This document shows positions 56,265-64,000 of a stretch of DNA of 64,000 nucleotides, piece by piece. Each line of letters begins with the position of its first letter. Position 1 is the stretch's first letter. The notes under the pieces were generated by a model. The model searched no databases. It was given only the letters and a program-made list of their open reading frames with translations, and had not been told where the DNA came from. This DNA is from Acidobacteriota bacterium (GTDB lineage Bacteria; Acidobacteriota; Vicinamibacteria; Vicinamibacterales; 2-12-FULL-66-21), in assembly GCA_003222675.1 (NCBI GenBank), contig QHWT01000062.1, positions 1,447 through 65,446 of the forward strand, read 5' to 3'. Position numbers and translations under genes: made by a program.

Positions 56265-56313
56265 GCGTCAGATCTCGATTGTTCGAGTGACATGAAAAAT
56301 CGAGATCTGACGC
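56265..56313. promoter_or_regulatory. perfect 15-bp inverted repeat GCGTCAGATCTCGAT-N19-ATCGAGATCTGACGC
   Basis: Direct reading. It lies in a lower-GC 333-nt spacer, about 190-250 bp upstream of the candidate sigma-54 promoter and 29 nt downstream of the DHp-gene stop. Confidence 0.6.
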
Positions 56314-56341
56314 CAAGCTGGTCTGACCCCAAGCTGTCACC

Positions 56342-56569
56342 CTAACTCGAATGGAGGCGGATCTCGCGCGCGGTCGTCATCGCATCCAGTACGCTGGCTA
56401 CCACCTGGGCGGCGCGGGCACGGCTCATTTCGTCCGCCGCCTTGGATTCGAGCAATTCAGCGTTCGCGAGGATGATTCCAAGCTGGTTGTTCAGGCGGTG
56501 GAACAGCAGGCCGAGATCGGCCGGCTCGTTTGCGGATGCGCGGGAACGATCGTCGGCGGCGGGCATCAT
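56342..56569 (-). CDS. stand-alone histidine-kinase DHp (H-box) domain protein, 75 aa
   Basis: LLFHRLNNQLGIILANAELLE resembles the AHDFNNLLTVILGxAELL H-box helix. No ATPase domain is present. 4-nt overlap with the upstream HTH gene. Confidence 0.6.
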   Translation of the reverse strand: MMPAADDRSRASANEPADLGLLFHRLNNQLGIILANAELLESKAADEMSRARAAQVVASVLDAMTTAREIRLHSS

Positions 56570-56769
56570 GACGCTTCTTTGCGCGTGAGATCTCCCGAGC
56601 GCTCGGGTTCGCGCCAGAGCGTGTCGACGAAGATGCGCACTGAACCGCCGGCAGTCCGCACGTACTCGACCTTTCCGCTCGCGATCCAGTTATAAATGGT
56701 GCGGCGGCTGACACCCACCAGCTCGCACGCCTTCACGATGGAAATCGTCTGGCGATCAATCATCATCAC
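56566..56769 (-). CDS. excisionase/MerR-type helix-turn-helix DNA-binding protein, 67 aa
   Basis: IVKACELVGVSRRTIYNWIASGKVEYVRTAGGSVRI is typical of the HTH_17/excisionase family. Confidence 0.7.
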   Translation of the reverse strand: MMMIDRQTISIVKACELVGVSRRTIYNWIASGKVEYVRTAGGSVRIFVDTLWREPERSGDLTRKEAS

Positions 56770-56911
56770 TTCCCGGGCTCTCGCCCCCTGCTGTTCGTGA
56801 ACCTGTTATCGGAGTCGACTCGGCGGCTCTATAGGGTTTTGGACCGGCGGCTGGCGGCGACTGGCGTTGACCGCCGATCGCGTGGGTGTCAAAATACCGC
56901 CGCGCGACTAA

Positions 56912-58309
56912 ATGGCTGACACCACGAAACATCTGCTGCTCGTGGACGACGAGGCCGCACTGCGCGAGGCCATCGCCGAGCGACTCTCGGATTACGGCTT
57001 CGTGGTGGAGCAGGCCTCGAGCGGCGAAGAGGCGCTCGCGCGCCTCGCCGATTTCGCCTTCGACATCATCGTCACCGACCTCCGGCTCCCGGGCGTGGAC
57101 GGGCGCGCCGTGCTCGACGCCGCGGTAGAGCGGTACCCCGAGATCATCGCGATCATCATCACCGGCTTCGGGACGGTGAAGGACGCGGTCAACGCGATCA
57201 AGCAAGGCGCCGCCGACTTCATCACCAAGCCGTTCCAGTTCGACGCGTTACTGCACGTTCTCAACTCCGCGGTGGAACAGCGCCGGCTGCGATCGGAAAA
57301 CGCGTACTTACGATCGCAACTCGAGGAGCGCTATCGAATTGACGGCCTGATCGGGCACAGCCGCGTCATGCGCGAGCTGTTTCAGTTGCTCGAGACCGTT
57401 GCCGCGACGTCGAGCACCGTCCTGATCACTGGCGAGACGGGAACGGGAAAAGAGCTCGCCGCGCGCGCCATTCATCACAACAGCCCGCGCCGCACGAATC
57501 GCTTCGTTGCGATCAACTGCAGCGCCATTCCGGAGACGCTGCTCGAAGCCGAGTTGTTCGGTCATGTGCGCGGCGCGTTCACCGGCGCCGTGGGCACTCG
57601 CCAGGGACGCCTCGAACAGGCGCACAAGGGCACCCTCTTCCTGGACGAAGTCGGGACGATGAGCCCCGCGCTGCAGGCGAAGCTGCTGCGCGTGCTGCAG
57701 GAGCGCGAATTCGAGCGTGTCGGCGATTCGCACACGATCAAGATCGACGTGCGGATCATCGCCGCCACGCATTCCGATCTTGCGAAGATGGTGGCGGACG
57801 GCGCGTTTCGCGAAGACCTCTATTACCGGCTGAACGTGATCCCCGTGCAGCTCCCAGCGCTTCGCGAGCGGCGTGAAGACGTGCCGCTCCTCGTGCAACA
57901 TTTCCTGCAGAAGCTTGCGGCCGACCAAGTCCCGCCGCGCGTGGCGACGATGTCGCAGGAAGCGATGCGTCAATTGATGGCATACGTCTGGCCCGGCAAC
58001 GTGCGTCAGCTCGAAAACGTTGTCGAGCGCGCGCTCGCGTTCAGCCACGGCCGTCCGCAAATCGAACTCACGGATCTCGGGACAGAGATCCAGACGGTGG
58101 CGGCATCGACGAACGGCACCGAGCCGTGGTTTCCTGACGAAGGACTCGATCTCGAGCGGTACATGGAAGGCGTGGAGCTGACGCTGATCAAGCGTTCGCT
58201 CGAGCGTACGCAGGGTAACAAGGTGCAGGCTGCCAGGCTGCTGAACCTGAAGCGCACCACGCTCATCGAAAAGCTGAAGCGTCTCGAGCGTGGCCAGCCT
58301 GGCGCTTAG
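56912..58309 (+). CDS. sigma-54-dependent response regulator (NtrC family enhancer-binding protein)
   Basis: Receiver domain (LLLVDDE..DIIVTDLRLPG). AAA+ domain with GETGTGKE and GAFTGA. C-terminal Fis-type HTH. Confidence 0.9.
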   Translation: MADTTKHLLLVDDEAALREAIAERLSDYGFVVEQASSGEEALARLADFAFDIIVTDLRLPGVDGRAVLDAAVERYPEIIAIIITGFGTVKDAVNAIKQGAADFITKPFQFDALLHVLNSAVEQRRLRSENAYLRSQLEERYRIDGLIGHSRVMRELFQLLETVAATSSTVLITGETGTGKELAARAIHHNSPRRTNRFVAINCSAIPETLLEAELFGHVRGAFTGAVGTRQGRLEQAHKGTLFLDEVGTMSPALQAKLLRVLQEREFERVGDSHTIKIDVRIIAATHSDLAKMVADGAFREDLYYRLNVIPVQLPALRERREDVPLLVQHFLQKLAADQVPPRVATMSQEAMRQLMAYVWPGNVRQLENVVERALAFSHGRPQIELTDLGTEIQTVAASTNGTEPWFPDEGLDLERYMEGVELTLIKRSLERTQGNKVQAARLLNLKRTTLIEKLKRLERGQPGA

Positions 58310-58371
58310 TTAACGGTCTCAAGGACTCTGAACGTTCTCAGGCGTCTACAAGGTTCTGACGGACTGGAGCC

Positions 58372-59208
58372 ATGCCTCCACGCCACACTTACTGGACGAT
58401 CATCGTCGGAAACCAGCCGACGGCGTTCCGATCGGCAACGCAAGACGATTTGCTGCCGACGCTGCGTCAGCTCCAGTCGAAACACCCCGACGCGGCGATG
58501 ATGTGGTTCGCCCGCGGACGCCTTTGGCGATCAGAGGAAGAGGCGAGGGCGGCCTTCGATCGCGACCGGCAGCCCCGCTGGCGCGACCGACCGCAAGGCG
58601 ATCGTCCCCGTGAGCCCAGGCCCGAGCGGCCCGACCGCCCGCAAGACGATCGTCCCCGGGCGCCCAAACCGGAGTGGCGCGACCGCCCGCAAGGCGATCG
58701 TCCCCGTGGACCCAAACCTGAATGGCGCGATCGACCGCAGGGCGATCGTCCTCGTGGGCCCAAACCTGAATGGCGCGATCGCCCGCAAGGCGATCGTCCC
58801 CGTGGGCCCAAACCTGAATGGCGCGATCGCCCGCAAGGTGATCGTCCCCGTGGGCCCAAACCTGAATGGCGCGATCGCCCGCAAGGCGATCGTCCCCGTG
58901 GGCCCAAACCTGAGTGGCGCGATCGACCGCAGGGCGATCGTCCGCGTGGCCCGAAGCCTGAGCGGCGCGATCGACCGCAGGGCGATCGTCCGCGTGGCCC
59001 GAAGCCTGAGCGGCGTGACCGACCGCAAGCTGACAGCCGCAAGACGGAAGACGCAGGACCGAAGGGACAGGGCGGCGAGCGCCGCGGACGTGACTGGCGT
59101 CCCGGCGGCGACCATCGCGATCCGCGCGATCGCTTCAAGGTGCCGCGCGACGTGAAACGTGCGCGCTTCTCCGCCCGTCAACGCCGGAAGAAAAAGGACG
59201 AAGAGTGA
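58372..59208 (+). CDS. repeat protein: about 65-aa N-terminal domain, about 10 tandem 16-aa WRDRPQGDRPRGPKPE units, basic C-terminal tail
   Basis: The 48-bp DNA repeats differ almost only at synonymous third positions of this frame. GGAG lies upstream of the ATG. GTGA overlap with the next gene. Confidence 0.75.
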   Translation: MPPRHTYWTIIVGNQPTAFRSATQDDLLPTLRQLQSKHPDAAMMWFARGRLWRSEEEARAAFDRDRQPRWRDRPQGDRPREPRPERPDRPQDDRPRAPKPEWRDRPQGDRPRGPKPEWRDRPQGDRPRGPKPEWRDRPQGDRPRGPKPEWRDRPQGDRPRGPKPEWRDRPQGDRPRGPKPEWRDRPQGDRPRGPKPERRDRPQGDRPRGPKPERRDRPQADSRKTEDAGPKGQGGERRGRDWRPGGDHRDPRDRFKVPRDVKRARFSARQRRKKKDEE

Positions 59209-59546
59209 TCGCGCACGTGGTCTTGTTCCAGCCCCGCTCCAGCCTGTCGACACCCGAACGGCGCGATGCGCTGGCCACGATTGCGCGCGCGGCGTCGGAC
59301 GTGCCGGAGATTCGTCGATTCCGCATCGGGCGGCGCGTGCGCCACGGCCTTCCGGGATACGAACAGATGATGGGGCAGGACTACGAGTTTGCATTGATCA
59401 TCGAGGTCGACGACGTGGAGGCGTTGAAGCGATACCTGAAGGCGCCGTCGCACGCTGCGCTCGGTCACCTTTTCGCGACCGCAACCGATGTGGCGCTTGC
59501 GTACGATTACGAAATCGTCGACGCCGCTGACGCACTGCGCCTCTGA
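59205..59546 (+). CDS. Dabb-family (stress-responsive alpha/beta barrel) protein
   Basis: IAHVVLFQP..., then H..L.....D at the C-terminus, typical of Dabb domains. 113 aa. GTG start. Confidence 0.7.
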   Translation: MIAHVVLFQPRSSLSTPERRDALATIARAASDVPEIRRFRIGRRVRHGLPGYEQMMGQDYEFALIIEVDDVEALKRYLKAPSHAALGHLFATATDVALAYDYEIVDAADALRL

Positions 59547-59657
59547 CATGCTCGCTTGACACATCCATGTGCGGCGGCGCACACCCGCACAAAGCGACAC
59601 TTTCGTAAGATCGCCGGAAAGCTCTGCTCGTCAAAGAGTTGGCGTGGATACCCCGTC

Positions 59658-59672
59658 TGGCACGAAGCCCGC
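59658..59672 (+). promoter_or_regulatory. sigma-54-like promoter candidate (weaker -12)
   Basis: TGGCACG-AAGC-CCGCT. The -24 element matches exactly. The -12 element keeps the GC but reads CCGC instead of TTGC. It lies 59 nt upstream of ATG 59731. Confidence 0.35.
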
Positions 59673-59730
59673 TCATAGAGAGCGCAACGCACGAAGGACG
59701 TGCGCTCTTATCAGCAAAAGGACGAGACCA

Positions 59731-60201
59731 ATGATTCGAGCAGCCTTTCTGACGTTGGCGATGGTGACGGCGGGTGCAGGCACGGCGATGGCGTCAGATC
59801 CCGCAGAAACCGCGGCGACGCCGAACGCGCCGGCACTGAGCACCGCGATTACTCACGCCGCAAAAGAGGCCGCTGCATCCATGGCCTGGACCGTTGACCG
59901 TCCCGTGCGCCGACCGGGTGCGCTCGCGGCACTGTATGGCACGTATGCGGCGTTGCAGGCGCTCGATTTCTACACCACGAAACATGCGATTGGCGCCGGT
60001 TCGACAGAAGTGAATCCGCTGATGAAGGGCGGGAACAGCGCGGCCATGATGGCGGTGAAGGCCGCAGGCGGAGCCGCGACGATCTACTTCACCGAGCGCG
60101 CCTGGAAGAAAAACCGCGCCGGCGCCATCGTGCTGATGACGGTGCTCAACGGAGCGACAGCTGCGGTCGTGGCTCGGAATGCGCAGCACGCCCGGCGATA
60201 G
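59731..60201 (+). CDS. secreted/membrane DUF5658-like protein
   Basis: Signal peptide MIRAAFLTLAMVTAGAGTAMA. C-terminal TM region with EVNPLMKG. Confidence 0.6.
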   Translation: MIRAAFLTLAMVTAGAGTAMASDPAETAATPNAPALSTAITHAAKEAAASMAWTVDRPVRRPGALAALYGTYAALQALDFYTTKHAIGAGSTEVNPLMKGGNSAAMMAVKAAGGAATIYFTERAWKKNRAGAIVLMTVLNGATAAVVARNAQHARR

Positions 60202-61234
60202 CGCCGGCTGCGAAAAACTCCCGGACGATCTCGCGCAGGTGTTCGATCGAGTCAGCGGCATTGATTGCGACGCGCAGGTGCGACCCGTTATCGATGCCCT
60301 TGGTGTACCACGAATTCAGCGCGCGCAGCTTGTTGATGACCCACCGGTGATGCCCGCGCGCGGGTGCCGGCTCGATCACACCCTCGCCCGGCGCGACGTG
60401 ACGGAACCCATCGGCTTCGCCCAAGCGTTCGTCCAACAGCAGGTCGATGTACTCGAGCAGGAACTGACCGCGCTCGGTCGGCGTGATATCGCGAGCCGCG
60501 TCACCGCGCCGAATCGCGGCGGCCTGCTCGAAGATCCACGGGTTGCGCAGCGCGCCGCGGCCGACGAGCACGCCAGATACCGGTCCGCGCGCGAGTCTCT
60601 CGACGAGCTGCGCAGGCTCGATGCAGTCGCCGCTGCCAAAGACGGGAATCCCGAGGCCTGCAGCCACGCGGTCGATCAGATCCCAGTCCGATGATCCCGA
60701 ATACGATTGCGCCGCAGTGCGCCCGTGCACCGCGACGGCGGCTGCCCCGGCGTCTTCCATTCGACGAGCAAGATCCGGCGCGTTGATTTCTCGATCGTCC
60801 CAACCGGCGCGCATCTTGACGGTTACCGGAATCTTCACGGCCCTGGCCATCGCGCTGACAATCGCCTGCGCGTGTGCGGGCTCGCGCATCAGGCTGCAGC
60901 CCGCGCTGTGCTTCGCAATCTTCGGCACCGGGCAGCCCATGTTCACGTCGACGAGGTCGGCGCCCATGCCCTCGACGATCTGCGCGGCCGCCGCCATCTT
61001 GTCCGGATCGCCGCCGAAGATCTGAATCGATACCGGCCGTTCCTCTTCGGTGTACTCCGCGTACTCCAGCGTGCGATCGATGCCGCGCACGAGACCCTCG
61101 GAGCTCACCATCTCGGTGACGACGAGGCCGCAGCCTCCCTTCCGCTTCACGAGGCGGCGGAAGGCAGTATCCGTCATGCCGGCCATCGGGGCGAGCGCAA
61201 ACGGAGGCGTGAGGTCGATGTTGCCGATCTTCAT
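60146..61234 (-). CDS. dusB: tRNA-dihydrouridine synthase
   Basis: LAPMAGMTDTAFRRL, DVNMGCP and VTVKMR motifs. The start overlaps the upstream stop (TGATG). Confidence 0.9.
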   Translation of the reverse strand: MKIGNIDLTPPFALAPMAGMTDTAFRRLVKRKGGCGLVVTEMVSSEGLVRGIDRTLEYAEYTEEERPVSIQIFGGDPDKMAAAAQIVEGMGADLVDVNMGCPVPKIAKHSAGCSLMREPAHAQAIVSAMARAVKIPVTVKMRAGWDDREINAPDLARRMEDAGAAAVAVHGRTAAQSYSGSSDWDLIDRVAAGLGIPVFGSGDCIEPAQLVERLARGPVSGVLVGRGALRNPWIFEQAAAIRRGDAARDITPTERGQFLLEYIDLLLDERLGEADGFRHVAPGEGVIEPAPARGHHRWVINKLRALNSWYTKGIDNGSHLRVAINAADSIEHLREIVREFFAAGAIAGRAAHSEPRPQLSLR

Positions 61235-61722
61235 CAGTAAGGCCGGACGTCCGCGGCATCCACTTCGACGCTGACAGCTTGTCCAATCAAGTCGACCGAG
61301 AGCACGAGCCGCGCGTTCGCGCCCTTGCGAATCAATCGTCCCATCACGCCCTTGAGCGGCCCGTGAACCACCTCGACCATCATCCCTTCCCGGATCATCG
61401 GGCACGGATCGTACTGCAGATCGCTCATGACCAGGCGGCGGATGCCGTCGATCTCGCGCTCCGGAATCGGCGCAATCTCGCCGTTGAAGGAGACGATGGT
61501 CACGACCCCGGAACATTTCAGAATCGAGAGACGATCCGGTCCGTCGAACCGCGCGAAGCAATAACCGGGAAACAGCGGCCAGTCAATCTTCTTCTTGCGA
61601 TCCTTCCAGCGGCTCCATCGGATCATCGTCGGAAGAAACGCTTCGTAGCCCTTCTTCTCGAGCTGCTCGCGCACGACCTGCTCGTGACGCGAACGGGTCC
61701 AGACCGCGTACCAATCGGACAT
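61234..61722 (-). CDS. NusG-paralog transcription antiterminator (UpxY/RfaH-like)
   Basis: WYAVWTRSRHEQVVREQLEKKGYEAFLP (NGN domain). C-terminal KOW-like G..V.V..GP.KG..G. Confidence 0.75.
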   Translation of the reverse strand: MSDWYAVWTRSRHEQVVREQLEKKGYEAFLPTMIRWSRWKDRKKKIDWPLFPGYCFARFDGPDRLSILKCSGVVTIVSFNGEIAPIPEREIDGIRRLVMSDLQYDPCPMIREGMMVEVVHGPLKGVMGRLIRKGANARLVLSVDLIGQAVSVEVDAADVRPY

Positions 61723-61729
61723 CAGGCTG

Positions 61730-62806
61730 TTACTGCCCGGAAGGGCCGGACTCGTCCGCCGCAAGCTGCTTCTCGTACGCCTTCTTCAGCTCGTCGTTCT
61801 TCCACTCGATGATGGCCTGCGAACGAAGCCGCGTGAGGAACTTGCGCATCTCGGTGCGCGTGCGCTCGGCCGCAACCTTGTCGGCGATCAGATCGCGCAC
61901 CTTCTCGAAGGGCTGGAGTGTCTGCGCCTTGAGCGCTTCCAGCTTGAACAACTGGTAGCCGCGCGGCGTGCGGACCGGTGCGGTGAACTCGCCCACCTTC
62001 AGCTTGTCGATCAACTGCTGCAGTTGCGGCGACAGATCCTCGCGCGAGAACGGCCCGATCAGGCCGCCGTTCGCCTTTGACGAAGACTCCGATGCTTCGG
62101 ACGCGACGGCTGCGAAATCTTCACCCTTCACCAGCCGCGCGCGCAGCGCGTCGATCTTCTTGCGCGCCTCATCGTCTTTTTCCACGCTGAGGGCGTTCGG
62201 CTGCTTCGAATCGGACGGCACTTCCACGAAAATCTCGCGCAGCGTGATCGACGACGGGTCGGTGAACTCCTGCGGATGGCGGTCGTAATAGAGACGCGAT
62301 TCAGCTTCCGTGATGGTCAGCTTCGATCCGACCTCCTGACGCTGAACGTTTTCGATGAGCATCTGCCGCTCCAACTGCTTCCGCAGATCGTCCATCGTCA
62401 TGTTTTCCTGCTTGAGCGCAGTCTGGAACTTTTCCTCGTCCTGCAGCCCCTGTTCCTTGCGGATGTTGTTCACCACCTGGCGGAACTGATCGTCGCCGAG
62501 ATGGAGGCCGAGCTCGCGGCCACGCTGCAGCAGCAGGAGCTCGTCGACCGTTCCAACAAGCACTTCGGGAGTGGCGTTCGCGACGAGCTTGCTGCGCTCG
62601 TCAGGACTGAGCGACGCGGGATCGCGCCCATTCAGTCCTTGCCGGACAGCATTGCTGAGACGCTGCTCCAGCTCGGTCTTCGTGATGATGTCGCCGTTCA
62701 CTTTCACCAGGACCTGTTCGATGATTTCTGCGCGAATGGACGCGGAGAAGAGCGCAACGAGGCCAACGAGCAGCGCCGGCGCGAGGATCTTTTTCATGTT
62801 TCCCAC
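61730..62806 (-). CDS. SurA/PrsA-like periplasmic chaperone with parvulin PPIase domain
   Basis: Signal peptide. SurA-N-like helical region. Parvulin block SKANGGLIGPF...TPRGYQLFKL. Confidence 0.8.
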   Translation of the reverse strand: MGNMKKILAPALLVGLVALFSASIRAEIIEQVLVKVNGDIITKTELEQRLSNAVRQGLNGRDPASLSPDERSKLVANATPEVLVGTVDELLLLQRGRELGLHLGDDQFRQVVNNIRKEQGLQDEEKFQTALKQENMTMDDLRKQLERQMLIENVQRQEVGSKLTITEAESRLYYDRHPQEFTDPSSITLREIFVEVPSDSKQPNALSVEKDDEARKKIDALRARLVKGEDFAAVASEASESSSKANGGLIGPFSREDLSPQLQQLIDKLKVGEFTAPVRTPRGYQLFKLEALKAQTLQPFEKVRDLIADKVAAERTRTEMRKFLTRLRSQAIIEWKNDELKKAYEKQLAADESGPSGQ

Positions 62807-62830
62807 TCTAACTAACTGGAATCGAATATT

Positions 62831-64000
62831 TTAGCGCACCGCGACGCCTTCGCTCAACTCGCGGAGCAGGCGGGCGACGCGGCTGAACACGCCCCCTTCG
62901 GCGCGCGGATCCTCCTTGGCCGGCTTGAGGATCTCGTCGCGGCTGAAGCCTGGGGCCACTTCGCCGGCGGTCGCCCGAGCGGTCCACCAGGACGCTTTTG
63001 CCGGCGCTGCCGCCACTTTCGTCCCGCCGGGCAGCGTAGCGGCTGTCTTTTGCTGCTGCCGGACCTCGGCCGGCGCCCGCATGTCGAGCTTCAGCGTGGC
63101 GGGGGGCGACAAGTGCACGTCCTTTCGCCCCTGCACGACGCGGAACAGCCACGTGGGATCGACCTTTGCCTCGGGCCTGAACTTTAGGACGACGGTTTGC
63201 CCCTCGCGGTCGATGGATTCGATTCCGACGCGGTCGGCGAGCAGGCGAATCAGGGCGTATTCCGCGAGGTTGCCGATGGAGACGGGCGGCGGCCCATAGC
63301 GATCCCGAACCTCCTCGATTGCGCGCTGCAGCTCCGCTTCGGATCGCACGCCGGCGAGACGGCGGTAGACGGTCAGCCGCTGATTCATGTCTGGAATGTA
63401 GGCCTCGTCGATGCGAAGGTCGACGCGCAGGTTCACGGTCGCGCGGATTTCGTCTTCGATCTCTTCGCCCTTCAGCTCCTTGATTGTCTGCTCGAGGAGC
63501 TTCAGGTACATGTCGAATCCGACGGCTTCGATGTGGCCGCTCTGTTCACCGCCGAGCAGGTTGCCGGCGCCGCGGATCTCGAGATCGAGCGCCGCGACGC
63601 GGAAGCCGCTGCCAAGATCGCTGAACTCGCGGATCGCGGCGAGCCGCTTCTTCGCGATCGGCGAGAGCGCCTCTTCGGGCGGGATCAACAGATACGCATA
63701 CGCGCGGCGATCGGATCGGCCCACCCGTCCGCGAAGCTGATAGAGCTGCGAAAGGCCATACCGATCGGATCGATTGATCACGATGGTGTTGGCATTGGGG
63801 ATGTCGAGGCCATTCTCGATGATCGTCGTCGCCAGCAGCACGTCGTACTGGTGCGCGACGAAGTCCACCATGACGCGTTCGAGGGCATCCTCGCTCATCT
63901 GGCCGTGCGCGATCGCGATCTTCGCTTCCGGCACGAGACGCGTTATCAGATTTCCCAGCGAGTAGATCGACTCGACGCGGTTGTGAACGAAATAGATTTG
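62831..64000 (-). CDS. mfd: transcription-repair coupling factor, C-terminal part (5' end lies beyond the window)
   Basis: Helicase-C block ATTIIENGLDIPNANTIVI..QLRGRVGRS, followed by the TRCF domain. The reading frame continues to the window edge. Confidence 0.9.
   Translation of the reverse strand, partial: QIYFVHNRVESIYSLGNLITRLVPEAKIAIAHGQMSEDALERVMVDFVAHQYDVLLATTIIENGLDIPNANTIVINRSDRYGLSQLYQLRGRVGRSDRRAYAYLLIPPEEALSPIAKKRLAAIREFSDLGSGFRVAALDLEIRGAGNLLGGEQSGHIEAVGFDMYLKLLEQTIKELKGEEIEDEIRATVNLRVDLRIDEAYIPDMNQRLTVYRRLAGVRSEAELQRAIEEVRDRYGPPPVSIGNLAEYALIRLLADRVGIESIDREGQTVVLKFRPEAKVDPTWLFRVVQGRKDVHLSPPATLKLDMRAPAEVRQQQKTAATLPGGTKVAAAPAKASWWTARATAGEVAPGFSRDEILKPAKEDPRAEGGVFSRVARLLRELSEGVAVR

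Noticed and set aside
56566-56769. The excisionase-family HTH gene as a marker of a prophage or integrative element.
   Set aside because: There is no integrase, recombinase, phage gene, tRNA target or flanking direct repeat nearby. The neighbours are regulatory genes.
56883-56908. TTGACC-N17-CAAAAT as the sigma-70 promoter of the NtrC-type gene.
   Set aside because: It is plausible, but it would leave an almost leaderless mRNA without an SD. A single hexamer match in a short spacer is too weak to report as a feature.
58467-59394. Minus-strand ORFs (223 and 287 aa) and the alternative plus-frame ORF (58610-59155) across the 48-bp repeats.
   Set aside because: Variation between repeat units is synonymous only in the 58372-59208 frame. 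The other frames give drifting Arg/Ser/Gly-rich sequences.

Overview
High-GC (roughly two-thirds G+C) bacterial chromosomal segment. It is most likely from Acidobacteriota: it has an ADOP-type duplicated FtsX permease, a TIGR03436-like VWFA protein, and many secreted peptidases and TPR/HEAT proteins. I can support about 58 tightly packed protein-coding genes, mostly housekeeping, envelope, peptidase and signalling functions, with frequent 1-4 nt overlaps between neighbouring genes. I recognise no rRNA, tRNA, CRISPR array, transposase or integrase. All family assignments come from motif recognition by eye, not from searches. There is no obvious defence or mobile island, and most of the window is ordinary. 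The points worth a second look are: (1) a PCYCGC-family lipoprotein gene whose in-frame TGA sits in a U-x-x-C context, is followed by a SECIS-like hairpin, and stays open for 48 more codons to an ATGA junction with the next gene, making it a selenoprotein candidate. (2) A regulatory cluster at 55-60 kb: NtrC-type activator, sigma-54-type promoters, a FliA-like sigma factor with a C-terminal tail, and an HTH plus DHp-only gene pair. (3) Two exact tandem-repeat loci: 66 bp x4 in a 750-nt non-coding gap, and 48 bp x~10 encoding a 16-aa repeat under synonymous-only drift. (4) A pervasive family of intergenic simple-repeat hairpins and REP-like elements. (5) A roughly 450-nt highly structured non-coding spacer. 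(6) An LD-carboxypeptidase gene interrupted by a single amber codon.
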